From NCBI GenBank assembly GCA_021828195.1, contig JAKASQ010000002.1, positions 276,245 to 340,244 of the forward strand: a DNA stretch of 64,000 bases. The letters run 5' to 3'. This document shows positions 37,173 to 45,809 of the stretch, piece after piece. The position numbers and the translations under genes are program-made. The stretch comes from Thermoplasmata archaeon. GTDB lineage: Archaea; Thermoplasmatota; Thermoplasmata; Lutacidiplasmatales; UBA184. The stretch's first letter is position 1, and every line of letters starts with the position of its first letter. The notes under the pieces were generated by a model. It saw nothing but the letters and a program-made list of their open reading frames with translations, did no database searches and was not told the origin of the DNA.

Positions 37173-37589
37173 TTATCTTCCAGCGGCCGGGAGCTCCTCG
37201 GTGGACCCCCGTTCGAACAGCACAGCTCCCGGTGCCCGCAGCCGGAGCGCGATTGGGGCCGGGTCCGTCGCCTCCGCCTGCAGGCGGCGATCGATCTCGC
37301 GCCAGAGCGGGTCGGAGCGCGGCGGCCCTGCGGGTCCCCGGACCGCCTCCTTCGGATGGAAGTGGAGCCAACGGAGCCCCGCCTCGACATGCTTGCACGT
37401 GCCGAGACCGCGCCGAGCAAAATCGGCACAGGTGCACATCGCGCTCGACCGATCCGGGTACTCGGGCAGCATCACGAGGTAGTGGGTGTCGTGCATCGGG
37501 TTGCGGACCTCCAGCATGGGGTAGTACGAGCCCGGGTGCCGCCGGATGTCCAGTGGCTCCTCGAAGGCCCGTGCCCGGCGCTCGGCCAT
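37173..37589 (-). CDS. Stand-alone SWIM zinc-finger protein
   Basis: CTCADF...GTCKHVEA (CxC-xn-CxH). Confidence 0.8.
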   Translation of the reverse strand: MAERRARAFEEPLDIRRHPGSYYPMLEVRNPMHDTHYLVMLPEYPDRSSAMCTCADFARRGLGTCKHVEAGLRWLHFHPKEAVRGPAGPPRSDPLWREIDRRLQAEATDPAPIALRLRAPGAVLFERGSTEELPAAGR

Positions 37590-37729
37590 ATCCTCCCGGT
37601 CATCGCGGGGAGGAGGTGCGCGCGCCGGAGGCCATGCATCCCGAGCCATCGATCGGTGCAACGTCGTCGGGCGTATTTGGCCCCCTCCCTCGTCGCGGTT
37701 ATCTCTCCGGCCCGCTGGTGGGTGCCCCG

Positions 37730-37951
37730 ATGCCGTCCGCGCCCCCCGCTCGTCGAACGCCCCGCCGTCGACTGAGCAAGAACGCCCGGGTCGGGATCGG
37801 CCTCCTGCTCACCTTCCTCGGACTCGTGTTCCTGGCGTCGCTCCTCCCGACGGGCTCCTCCGCCCTCTCGACCGCCCTTCCGCTCGCCGCCGCTGGCATC
37901 CTGGCGATCTGGCTCGGCGGGATCCTGCTCGGTCGCGCAAACGCGCCTTGA
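37730..37951 (+). CDS. Small two-TM membrane protein
   Basis: Basic N-terminus and two hydrophobic helices; 7 nt before HAD gene. Confidence 0.7.
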   Translation: MPSAPPARRTPRRRLSKNARVGIGLLLTFLGLVFLASLLPTGSSALSTALPLAAAGILAIWLGGILLGRANAP

Positions 37952-37958
37952 TTGGACC

Positions 37959-38639
37959 ATGTTCGCAAGCCCCTGGCGTCTCGTCACGGTCGATATCGAC
38001 GGTACGCTGACCCTCATCCATGGCTGGAGGAGGATTGCCGAGCGGTTCGGCCGGGAGTCGGAGTATCGGAGCTCGAACGCCCGCTTCCAACGCAAGGAGA
38101 TCGGCGAGGATCCTCATCTAACGGACCTGTTGGGACTCGCCCGAGGACACACGCTGACCGAGGTCGAGTCGGTGCTCGAGGCGACGCCCCGGCTCGAGGG
38201 GATCGGGGAGGGGATCGACGAGTTGCATCGGGCGGGTTCCCGGGTGGCCCTGCTCACGCACAACCCACCGTACGTGGCCCGCTGGTACGCCCAGAAGTTC
38301 GGGTTCGACGACCTGGAAGGTACCCCTGTGCCGGAACCTGCCCCGGGCGGCCCCATCCCTCTCCCGGGGCTCGTCCATGCCGACAAGAAGGGAGGCCTGG
38401 AGCGCCTCATCGCACGGTTCGGAGTGTCCCCGTTGGAGACCGTTCACGTAGGGGACGGATGGTCGGACGCCGAGCTCTTCCCGCTCATCGGGGCCGGGGT
38501 CGCGGTCAACTCCTCCTACCCTGTAGTGGATGCCGCCGCGGACCTCGTGCTCCACGTACGGGACTTCCGCCCCGTCGCCCAGGGAATCCTCGGGCTCCGG
38601 CCGCGGGTGAAACCTGCCCCGCGCCCTCGTGAGGGTTGA
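37959..38639 (+). CDS. HAD-family phosphatase (phosphoserine-phosphatase-like)
   Basis: DIDGTL motif I, DKK, VGDGWSD motif IV. Confidence 0.88.
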   Translation: MFASPWRLVTVDIDGTLTLIHGWRRIAERFGRESEYRSSNARFQRKEIGEDPHLTDLLGLARGHTLTEVESVLEATPRLEGIGEGIDELHRAGSRVALLTHNPPYVARWYAQKFGFDDLEGTPVPEPAPGGPIPLPGLVHADKKGGLERLIARFGVSPLETVHVGDGWSDAELFPLIGAGVAVNSSYPVVDAAADLVLHVRDFRPVAQGILGLRPRVKPAPRPREG

Positions 38640-38667
38640 TATATCACCGGGGTCGACTCCGGGTCGC

Positions 38668-39234
38668 ATGGCCTACGTCCTCCTGCGATCCGTCCATCCG
38701 ACCCGGCTGACGATGCAGCTGCCCCAGGAGGTGGCGGAGATGATCGGCCTCGACTCCGGCGCCCCCGGTAAAGGCACCGGTCACTCGATCTCCTTCCTCG
38801 CTCGTGGCCCCGGCATCGCCCGGGTCCTGGCCACGGCGTCGTTTCGAGAAGCCCTCGCGATCGAGGTCGTTCGCGATCGGTTCGTCGCCTCCACCCGACC
38901 GGGTGAGAGGTTCCTGTTCTCGGTTCCCGCGAGCCTCCTGCGCCATCTCGAGATCGAGATCGGGGTCCGCGGTCCCCAGCTCGGTCGGGGCACGGACGAC
39001 CGCATCCTGTTCCTCATGCCCGAGGACGAGTATCATGACGCATGCGCCTCCCGAAGCAGGGGGGTGGCCTGGGCCGGTCCTCTCGGGGGCAGCCGGGCCC
39101 ACATCTACGTGGTGAAGGCCGTCGCTCCGCTCCCCCGCGGCCTCGCGCAGCTGGCGGAACTGGAGCGCCGGATCGAGGAGGAAGAGTGGCGGCCGGGGGT
39201 CGCCGCCCTCCAAAAGGTCGGGCGCGCCCGGTGA
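38668..39234 (+). CDS. Hypothetical protein, possibly tandem AbrB-like
   Basis: ATG ~25 nt after TTGATATAT; RLTMQLPQEVAEMIGL and FSVPASLLRHLEI segments. Confidence 0.6.
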   Translation: MAYVLLRSVHPTRLTMQLPQEVAEMIGLDSGAPGKGTGHSISFLARGPGIARVLATASFREALAIEVVRDRFVASTRPGERFLFSVPASLLRHLEIEIGVRGPQLGRGTDDRILFLMPEDEYHDACASRSRGVAWAGPLGGSRAHIYVVKAVAPLPRGLAQLAELERRIEEEEWRPGVAALQKVGRAR

Positions 39235-39280
39235 AGCCGGGATGGGCAACGGTCCACCCTTCTTGGAAGGTGTTAATAGA

Positions 39281-39287
39281 GTCTGAC
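39281..39287 (+). promoter_or_regulatory. GTCTGAC motif immediately downstream of TTAATA TATA box
   Basis: Same motif and orientation as in RHH-ftsZ and smc promoters. Confidence 0.4.
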
Positions 39288-39302
39288 GGGATGTAATCCT
39301 AG

Positions 39303-40055
39303 ATGAGCCGGTCCAACCGCGGCCACCGCCGCTCCGCTCGCTCTGCGACGGGTCCCGAATCTCGCGGGGGCGCCCACTCCACCCCCCACCCCAAGCCGCC
39401 GCGCGCGGCCCGTACCCCGAAGATCGCCCGGACCACCGGGTCGGTCGCCCCTCCCAGGGCCGGGGGACCCACGGCCACGGAGGATGCGCTCAACTCGGTC
39501 ATGGACGCGTTCTTCGGTCCGGTCGACCACGACTCCCTCGCGAAGGCGATTCGCCGATCGATCGGTCACGACGGGATGCGGCCGGAAGACGCCCGGACCA
39601 TCGCTTCGCACGTGCTGAACTTCTTCGGGTTCAACGCCCGCATCATCGATAACGTCCTGGAGCCGGACGACCGCGACACGTTCTACATGCTCGAGGACAG
39701 CGGAATCCTAGAGACCGAGCGGGACGAGACCACGCTCTACGACGGACGAGAGTGGCGCATCCATTACTGGATGTTCCGCAAGGAGCGCATCTTCGGCCTC
39801 GCCCGTGAGGAGACCGAGGCCATGGTCGCCGCGGGCGAGCAGGACGTGGTCTATTCGACGAACCTGAACCGCGCGATGGCCTTCCGGCTGCCCCACGGGG
39901 AGACGGGCACCGGGCTCGCGGCCCATGCGGTGTACCACGAGCTCGCGGACGACATCTGGATGGAGCGTCGGCAGAGCCCCGCCGTCACTCCCGAGGCGGA
40001 GGTCGAGGTCCCGCCTCCCCGCCGTCGCTCCAAGAAGGTCCTCGCCGCCGACTGA
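39303..40055 (+). CDS. Conserved hypothetical protein (DUF6015-like, possible winged helix)
   Basis: LNFFGF..RIIDNVLEPDDRDTFYMLED.GIL.TE..ETTLYDGREWRIHYW core; family assignment from memory. Confidence 0.75.
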   Translation: MSRSNRGHRRSARSATGPESRGGAHSTPHPKPPRAARTPKIARTTGSVAPPRAGGPTATEDALNSVMDAFFGPVDHDSLAKAIRRSIGHDGMRPEDARTIASHVLNFFGFNARIIDNVLEPDDRDTFYMLEDSGILETERDETTLYDGREWRIHYWMFRKERIFGLAREETEAMVAAGEQDVVYSTNLNRAMAFRLPHGETGTGLAAHAVYHELADDIWMERRQSPAVTPEAEVEVPPPRRRSKKVLAAD

Positions 40056-40097
40056 ATCTTCGTCTCCGGGGCCCGGCCAACCGTTAATCACCGGGTC

Positions 40098-40736
40098 GTG
40101 TCCCGGTCGGCGATGCGACGCTTCCTCCTCCTCACCCACCGCGTTCCCGTGCACGGGGAGTTCACGCTCAACGACCTCGCCGGAGGGGGAGGTCGAATCG
40201 ACGAGATCGCTCGCGTGGCATCTACCGCATTCACCCTATCGAACGACCTGCGTCGGGACACGGAGCTGACGATCGTGTTCCCGGCGGCCTCCCCTGCCGA
40301 AGCGCGACGCATCCGCCTCGTGGGCTCGCGCCTGCGCCATCTCAATCCGGACGAGCGATCCACCGCCGCTCTGCTCAAGAACGCGCTCGTGCGATCGATG
40401 GCGTTCCCTTCGGACTTCGAGTCCTCCCCGGGACTGATCGTGGCGGCGGCGGATCCGGTCGAAGAGCTCCGACGCTTCCTCCAGCTCCCGAACGTGGTCT
40501 GGCTCATCGAAGGAGGGGGACCGCTGCGGGAGTGGAAGGGGAACCCCGCGGAGTTCTCGGCGGTGCTCTGCGACCCCTACGACCCGACGGACGGAGAGCG
40601 GGAGGTGCTCGCCGCGAGCGGCGCGCTTCCGGTTTCCGTCGGACCGCGCTCGCTCCGGTCCTCCCAGGTGATGGACATTGTCCACAACGAGCTCGATTTG
40701 AGGGAAGCGACCGGGGAGCCCCCGACCGAGGGCTAG
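40098..40736 (+). CDS. trmY: tRNA (pseudouridine54-N1)-methyltransferase
   Basis: MRRF, LNDLAGGGGRID, LSNDLRRD, LNPDERS, SVGP, VHNELD. Confidence 0.9.
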   Translation: MSRSAMRRFLLLTHRVPVHGEFTLNDLAGGGGRIDEIARVASTAFTLSNDLRRDTELTIVFPAASPAEARRIRLVGSRLRHLNPDERSTAALLKNALVRSMAFPSDFESSPGLIVAAADPVEELRRFLQLPNVVWLIEGGGPLREWKGNPAEFSAVLCDPYDPTDGEREVLAASGALPVSVGPRSLRSSQVMDIVHNELDLREATGEPPTEG

Positions 40737-41755
40737 TGCGCGGGAAGCGCCTTCGAGGCCGAGGGCGGTCGGCCGAGGGCCTCCCGGATGGATTGCGGTT
40801 TGAGGCCCCCGATCACCGCGGTCAGCCGAACCACTTCGCGAGGCTCTTCGTGCGTCCGGGTGCCCACGACGATGTCCCTCGGATTGCCGAGCCTCCGTCG
40901 GAAGCTCTCCAGGAGCCGCTCGAACGTGTCGAGGGTCATGTTGGAACCCCCGTCCATGTGGATCAACGCCGAGGGCCGATCCGTCAGCTCGTAATCGAGC
41001 AGAGTCTCGCGCATCGCTTGCTCGACCAGACGCTCCGGCTCGGAGTGGTGGCGTTCTCCCCAGACGAGCGTGGAGAGTCCGGCGGCTCCGAGGTGGGTCT
41101 TGATGCTGGCGACGTCGACGTTCATCTGGGAAGGGTACTCGACCATGTCCACCAGGCACGAGACGAGGCCGTGGACGTAGGCGTTGCGTAGGTGGAGCAC
41201 GCGCGGGAACGGCAAGCCGCGGAATCTCAGCAGTTTCTCGTTGGAGAGCGCGAGGAGGAAGCCGCCCATCGCCTCGAGCTCCTCGAGGCTCTCCTCCACG
41301 TTCTCCCGCCGGCCGGGGCTCGCGAGCTCGTGGTGGAAGGGGAGGAAGGCGACCGGGACGGGCATCGCACCGGTCTTGCGTAGTTCCTGGGCGAGGTAGG
41401 GCAACAGCGCGCTGCCGGTGCCGCCACCGAGCCCGGCAAGGAGAAACACGATCTCGAACTCGGAGACACGCCGAAGGATCTCAGGGGCATTGTCCTCCAC
41501 CGCACGCCTCGCGGCGAGCCGGTTGCCTCCTGAGCCACGGCCCTTGAGCTCGCGCGCCCCGATCAGGATCCGTTGCGGGATGTCCATCCCATCGAGGTGG
41601 CGGGCGTCGGTGTTGATCGCGAACGATCGGACCCCGGGCAGCCCCAAGCCGAGGAGATCGCGGACGGCGTCGCCGCCGGCACCTCCGAGCCCGACGATCG
41701 CGAACGAGGGATCGGCGTGGAGGGCCGCCCAGGCGTCCGGGGAGCTATCGAGCAT
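40733..41755 (-). CDS. ftsZ: FtsZ/tubulin-family GTPase (divergent)
   Basis: GLGGAGG, AINTD, GRGSGG, AGLGGGTGS, PF, NEKL, NVD. Confidence 0.88.
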   Translation of the reverse strand: MLDSSPDAWAALHADPSFAIVGLGGAGGDAVRDLLGLGLPGVRSFAINTDARHLDGMDIPQRILIGARELKGRGSGGNRLAARRAVEDNAPEILRRVSEFEIVFLLAGLGGGTGSALLPYLAQELRKTGAMPVPVAFLPFHHELASPGRRENVEESLEELEAMGGFLLALSNEKLLRFRGLPFPRVLHLRNAYVHGLVSCLVDMVEYPSQMNVDVASIKTHLGAAGLSTLVWGERHHSEPERLVEQAMRETLLDYELTDRPSALIHMDGGSNMTLDTFERLLESFRRRLGNPRDIVVGTRTHEEPREVVRLTAVIGGLKPQSIREALGRPPSASKALPAH

Positions 41756-41767
41756 GGGCCTTCGCGC

Positions 41768-42130
41768 CTAGGTCGACGAACTTCCGCCGGCCGTCGCGCG
41801 CGCTTCGGAGCGGGGGACGCGCGCAGGTACGGGCGGGTGCTCGAGCCGCTGGCGGATGTATTCGCGGACCGCGGAGCGCACCGCGTCGTCGACCGACACC
41901 GAGTTCCCTTCGCGCACGAACTCTTCGAGCTCGCGGTTGTCTTGGCGAGATAGTTCAACGACCACCTTGCGCACGTTCGGCGGCGGGAGATGCATCTCTA
42001 CGTACCGCTCGAGACCTTCACGGATCGTGTCGGAGATTGTGGCCGTGCCGGTCGCCTTCTGGACCTGCTTGAGCTTCTCCACGAGACTCTGAGGGATGCG
42101 TACGGTCACCCGTTCTGACGTATCGGTCAT
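41768..42130 (-). CDS. Tandem ribbon-helix-helix regulator (CdrS-like) upstream of ftsZ
   Basis: SERVTVRIP...ISDTIREGL and second VVVEL...VDDAVRSAVREY unit; operonic with ftsZ. Confidence 0.85.
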   Translation of the reverse strand: MTDTSERVTVRIPQSLVEKLKQVQKATGTATISDTIREGLERYVEMHLPPPNVRKVVVELSRQDNRELEEFVREGNSVSVDDAVRSAVREYIRQRLEHPPVPARVPRSEARATAGGSSST

Positions 42131-42133
42131 GTT

Positions 42134-42163
42134 CGTCAGACACCATTGCTCCCTTTGTCAGAC
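42134..42163 (-). promoter_or_regulatory. Two GTCTGAC direct repeats between TATA box and RHH start codon
   Basis: GTCAGAC on + strand at 42135-42141 and 42157-42163 (22 bp apart); minus-strand TTTAAG TATA at ~42186-42191. Confidence 0.6.
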
Positions 42164-42321
42164 GAATGGCATATCCTTCCCGAGGCTTAAACGTTTGTTT
42201 GGACGCCGACCGCTCGACGGCTTCCCCCGAGGAGCGTGGGCGAGCGAGCCACGCTCGGGCCGAGGAGGAACGCGCTCTCGATTCGGTGGAAGGCCGGGCT
42301 CTTGCCCGAACGAACCCGATC

Positions 42322-43125
42322 TCAGCGTCCGTAGCGTCGTTGGCGGGTCTGGAACGTTCGGATCGCCCGGAGGAAATCGAGACGCGCGAGGCCCGGCCAC
42401 ATGACGTCGGAAAAGTACAGCTCGCTGTAGGCGGACTGCCACAGCAGGAAGTTGGAGATCCGTTCCTCCCCGCTCGTACGCAGAACGAGATCCGGATCGG
42501 GCAGGTCCGACGTATAGAGGTGGTCGGAGACCATCTTCGCATCGATGGTTTCCGGATCGATGCGTCCGGCCCGTACCTCCCGGGCTAGGGCCCGGATCGC
42601 CTCCACAATCTCGTCGCGGCCCCCGTAGGCGATCGCGACGTTGTACCGGTAGCCGTCGTAGTCCTTGGTCGCCCGTTCGGCCACCTCGATCGCGGCCTGG
42701 ACCCGGCGAGGTAGGATCTCCCGGTCTCCGATCGATCGGACCCGGATGCGATAGCGGTGGACGCGCTCATCCACCGCGATGTCACGGAAGCTCCTCTCGA
42801 ATAGATCCATGAGGTCGTCGACCTCTTCCGGGGAACGAGAGAGGTTCTCCGTGGAGAGCGCGAAGACCGTGAGGACCCGGATTCCCACCTCGAGGCACCA
42901 ATCGAGCAGCTCTTCGATCTTGTCCTTCCCCTTGACGTGACCTTCGGCGGTGAGCATCCCGTGCGCGGAGGCGAAGCGGCGGTTCCCGTCCATGATGATC
43001 GCGAGGTGCCGCGGGACCGGGCTCTTTCGAATGAGTTCCAGGAGCCGACGCTCGGTCGCCTCCCGCAGGGCCTCTCCGAAGAGGCCGGAGAGGGATTTCG
43101 AAGTCGGGGGGTCGGGCGCGGTCAC
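42322..43125 (-). CDS. uppS: cis-Polyprenyl diphosphate synthase
   Basis: IIMDGNRRF, STENL, YGGRDEI, RTSGEERISNFLLWQ, RRYG. Confidence 0.96.
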   Translation of the reverse strand: MTAPDPPTSKSLSGLFGEALREATERRLLELIRKSPVPRHLAIIMDGNRRFASAHGMLTAEGHVKGKDKIEELLDWCLEVGIRVLTVFALSTENLSRSPEEVDDLMDLFERSFRDIAVDERVHRYRIRVRSIGDREILPRRVQAAIEVAERATKDYDGYRYNVAIAYGGRDEIVEAIRALAREVRAGRIDPETIDAKMVSDHLYTSDLPDPDLVLRTSGEERISNFLLWQSAYSELYFSDVMWPGLARLDFLRAIRTFQTRQRRYGR

Positions 43126-43182
43126 GCTAGGTGGAGGGAACTCGAGGAATAACGGTGCTGGGAGCGCCCGCGCCGGGGGGAG

Positions 43183-43286
43183 CGCCCTGGTCGGGAGTTT
43201 CGGCCCCGGGGGCGCACCCGCGGAGCCTTCGAACCCGAGTCCCAGGCTCGACAGACCTAGATCCTAGACCACTAGACTACCAGGGC
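43183..43286 (-). tRNA. tRNA-Asp(GTC) with 31-nt intron at 59/60 (intron 43197-43227)
   Basis: GCCCTGG/CCAGGGC+G73, anticodon loop CTGTCGA, T-stem TCGGG/CCCGA split by an insert forming a strict BHB (TTCG/CGAA helix, AAG and ACT bulges). Confidence 0.92.
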
Positions 43287-43435
43287 AGCGTGGGGGCGTA
43301 CTCGCACCATGCTATGAACCTTGCCACCGTCGGGGCCTCGAGCGCGTGCCCGGCCGGGTTCCTCGGGCGAGGCGTACCCCTCGAGCCCTTGCGTTATGTA
43401 TCGGCTCCGGCCCTTGATTTCAAGGGGAACGGACC

Positions 43436-43579
43436 ATGACGACCTTCACGGCGTGGCTGCTCGCCATTCTGGCGATCATTGCCCTGTTGCTCGCGCTCGA
43501 CCATCTCGGAGTCGACGTCGCGGGCTCGGTCTCCTCCGGCGTACACGCCGTGGAACACGTGCTCAACCGCCCGCTCTAA
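43436..43579 (+). CDS. Small single-TM protein (47 aa, absent from ORF track)
   Basis: MTTFTAWLLAILAIIALLLALDHLGVDVAGSVSSGVHAVEHVLNRPL; TTATGTA TATA-like and purine-rich tract upstream. Confidence 0.65.
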   Translation: MTTFTAWLLAILAIIALLLALDHLGVDVAGSVSSGVHAVEHVLNRPL

Positions 43580-43596
43580 GCGCCCGGCCCCTCGCC

Positions 43597-44187
43597 CTAC
43601 CCACGGGCGAGGACCCGCACGACCGCGTCCAGGAACGAGGAAGCGTGGATGTCCGGTTCGAGGTGATGGCCCGCCATCTCAGCGAGGACTTCCGCCTCGT
43701 GTCCAATCGGTGGAACCAGCGCGGTCAAGAGCCCGAGCCGCCGCCCGGCCTCGATATCGAGCCAGCGATCCCCGACGATCGCGCTCGCGGCGAGATCGAT
43801 GCCGCGCTCCGATCGAGCGCGCTCGAAGAGCTCCCCTTTCGGCTTCCGACACGGGCACCCGGCCTCGGGCGCGTGGGGGCAGTAGTAGAATGCATCGATC
43901 CGAGCGTTCGACAGGGCGAGCCGCTCGTTGAGCCGGTGGTGGATCGCCTCCACGATCTCGCGCGTGTACAGGCCTCGCTCGATCCCGGATTGGTTGGTGA
44001 CGCACAGGATCTGGTAGCCATGATCACGGGCGAGCCGTAGTGCCTCCCCGACCCCCCGGTACACCTCGAGACGCGCCGGATCCGCGAGGTAGTGAAAGTC
44101 GGGAACGAGCGTGCCGTCCCGGTCGACGAAGAGGGCCCGGGCCCGCCGAGGTTCGACCGGGCGCTGCGCCACCGACGGGACCGTCAT
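43597..44187 (-). CDS. HAD-IIIA phosphatase (GmhB/HisB-N family)
   Basis: FVDRDGT, TNQSG, CPH..CPCRKP, VGDRWLD. Confidence 0.92.
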   Translation of the reverse strand: MTVPSVAQRPVEPRRARALFVDRDGTLVPDFHYLADPARLEVYRGVGEALRLARDHGYQILCVTNQSGIERGLYTREIVEAIHHRLNERLALSNARIDAFYYCPHAPEAGCPCRKPKGELFERARSERGIDLAASAIVGDRWLDIEAGRRLGLLTALVPPIGHEAEVLAEMAGHHLEPDIHASSFLDAVVRVLARG

Positions 44188-44250
44188 CGGGGAAGAGAGT
44201 CCGACCCCCCATAAGGGTTCATCCCGTCGTGGCGCTGCCCGGCACTGCCC

Positions 44251-45015
44251 ATGCCGGCCGCACTCGTGGATCGAACGGCCGGGACCGGATTCGACTCCGC
44301 GTTCCCCCGAGCCGTCGCGCGACTCGCCGAGGACGGTCCGATCACCGTCCTGTTCTCGGGCGGGCTCGACTCCTCGCTCATCGCGTGGGAGCTGCGCGGG
44401 CGCGGGAAGACCGTACTGTGGTCCGTGGGCCAGGAAGGGAGCCCCGACCTCGATGCGGCTCGCTCGGCGGCCGAGGTGATGGACTTGACGTGGCAACATG
44501 CGACGCTGACCGGGGCCGACGTCGAGGCGGCGCTCGAGCGCTTCGCGGTGGAACTACGGGGCGCAGAGGGCCCTCCGCTTGACGTAGCCGTCGCATTCGC
44601 GCTGGCGTTGGATCGGGCCCCCACGACCCGGGTGCTGGCCGGGCAGGGGGCCGACGAGCTGTTCCTGGGGTACGCGCATTTTCGCGGTCTCACCGAGGAG
44701 CAAGCAGCCCGGCGCGCGGACGCGGACCTACGGCGGCTGCTCGACTCGGAGTGGCCCCGCGCACAGCGCATCGCGGAACGCGCGGGCCACCGCCTCGTCG
44801 CGCCGTTCTTGGAGCCGGAGGTGGTGCGCGCGGCCCTCGAGATCCCGCTCGCGGAGCGCATGCCGGGTGACGTCCCCAAGCAATGGCTGAGGGGCTGGGC
44901 GATCGCCCGCGGGCTCGCCCCGGAGATCGCGTGTCGCCCGAAGCGAGCGATCCAGTACGGCTCCCGGGTCCAGCGCCTCCTTCGAGAGCTTCGACCCCTA
45001 TCGCGAAGCCGTTAA
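44251..45015 (+). CDS. Asparagine-synthase C-terminal-domain-only protein
   Basis: FSGGLDSS, GQGADELFLGY, PFL, RPKRAIQYGS; no glutaminase domain. Confidence 0.88.
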   Translation: MPAALVDRTAGTGFDSAFPRAVARLAEDGPITVLFSGGLDSSLIAWELRGRGKTVLWSVGQEGSPDLDAARSAAEVMDLTWQHATLTGADVEAALERFAVELRGAEGPPLDVAVAFALALDRAPTTRVLAGQGADELFLGYAHFRGLTEEQAARRADADLRRLLDSEWPRAQRIAERAGHRLVAPFLEPEVVRAALEIPLAERMPGDVPKQWLRGWAIARGLAPEIACRPKRAIQYGSRVQRLLRELRPLSRSR

Positions 45016-45050
45016 GGTCCCGGCCCTGTCGGGGCTCCCGGGCGGTCGCG

Positions 45051-45809
45051 TTGCTCGGCACTCTTACCTCGATCATCGGCATCCTCGCCACGGTCGCTCT
45101 ATCGTGCGCGGCGGTGCTCCTCCGATCGCTGACGCCGGCGGCCGGCGCGGTCGCGGCCGTCTTCGGCTCCTTCATCGTTGTCGTCGGCGGGTTTGCCTTC
45201 CTCGCGCTCCTGATTCTCTTCGTCCTCGCCGGATCCCTCGCGACTCGGTACCATATCGCCGAGAAGACCCGGGACCACCTCCAGGAAGGGCAGCATGGCG
45301 AGCGAGGGATCTCCAACGTCCTCGCGCACATCGTCATCCCCACGATCCTGGTGGGAATCTACGGACTGTCGCCGGGCGCGCTTCCCGCGTCGGCCCTCGC
45401 GTTCCTGTACACCGCGGCGCTCGCCTTCGGCGCCGCCGACACCTTCGCGAGCGAGTTCGGAGTGCTGGCCGGCCACGCCCGAAGCATCCTCACGCTGCTC
45501 CCGGTGACCCCCGGTACGAACGGAGGCGTCTCGGCCCCCGGCGAGGCCTGGGCGTTCGTGGGCGCCACCACTACCGCCGCGATCGGATTCCTCCTCTTCT
45601 CCCTCTTCTCCGCTCCCACTCCGCCGGTGGCACTGTTCGTGGTCGGTACCACGCTCGCCGGATTCGTCGGCTGCCAGATCGATTCCGTCCTCGGGGAGAC
45701 CCTCGAGAACCGGGGCTACCTCACGAAGGGGTCGACGAACCTACTCGGGATGGTCTCGAGCGTGCTGATCGGTGGCGGCATCCTCGCTGCCGCGGGAGGG
45801 CGCCTCTGA
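45051..45809 (+). CDS. DUF92/TMEM19-family membrane protein
   Basis: RGISNVLAH, ADTFASEFG, PGTNGGVS, IDSVLGETLE; TTG start inferred. Confidence 0.87.
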   Translation: MLGTLTSIIGILATVALSCAAVLLRSLTPAAGAVAAVFGSFIVVVGGFAFLALLILFVLAGSLATRYHIAEKTRDHLQEGQHGERGISNVLAHIVIPTILVGIYGLSPGALPASALAFLYTAALAFGAADTFASEFGVLAGHARSILTLLPVTPGTNGGVSAPGEAWAFVGATTTAAIGFLLFSLFSAPTPPVALFVVGTTLAGFVGCQIDSVLGETLENRGYLTKGSTNLLGMVSSVLIGGGILAAAGGRL

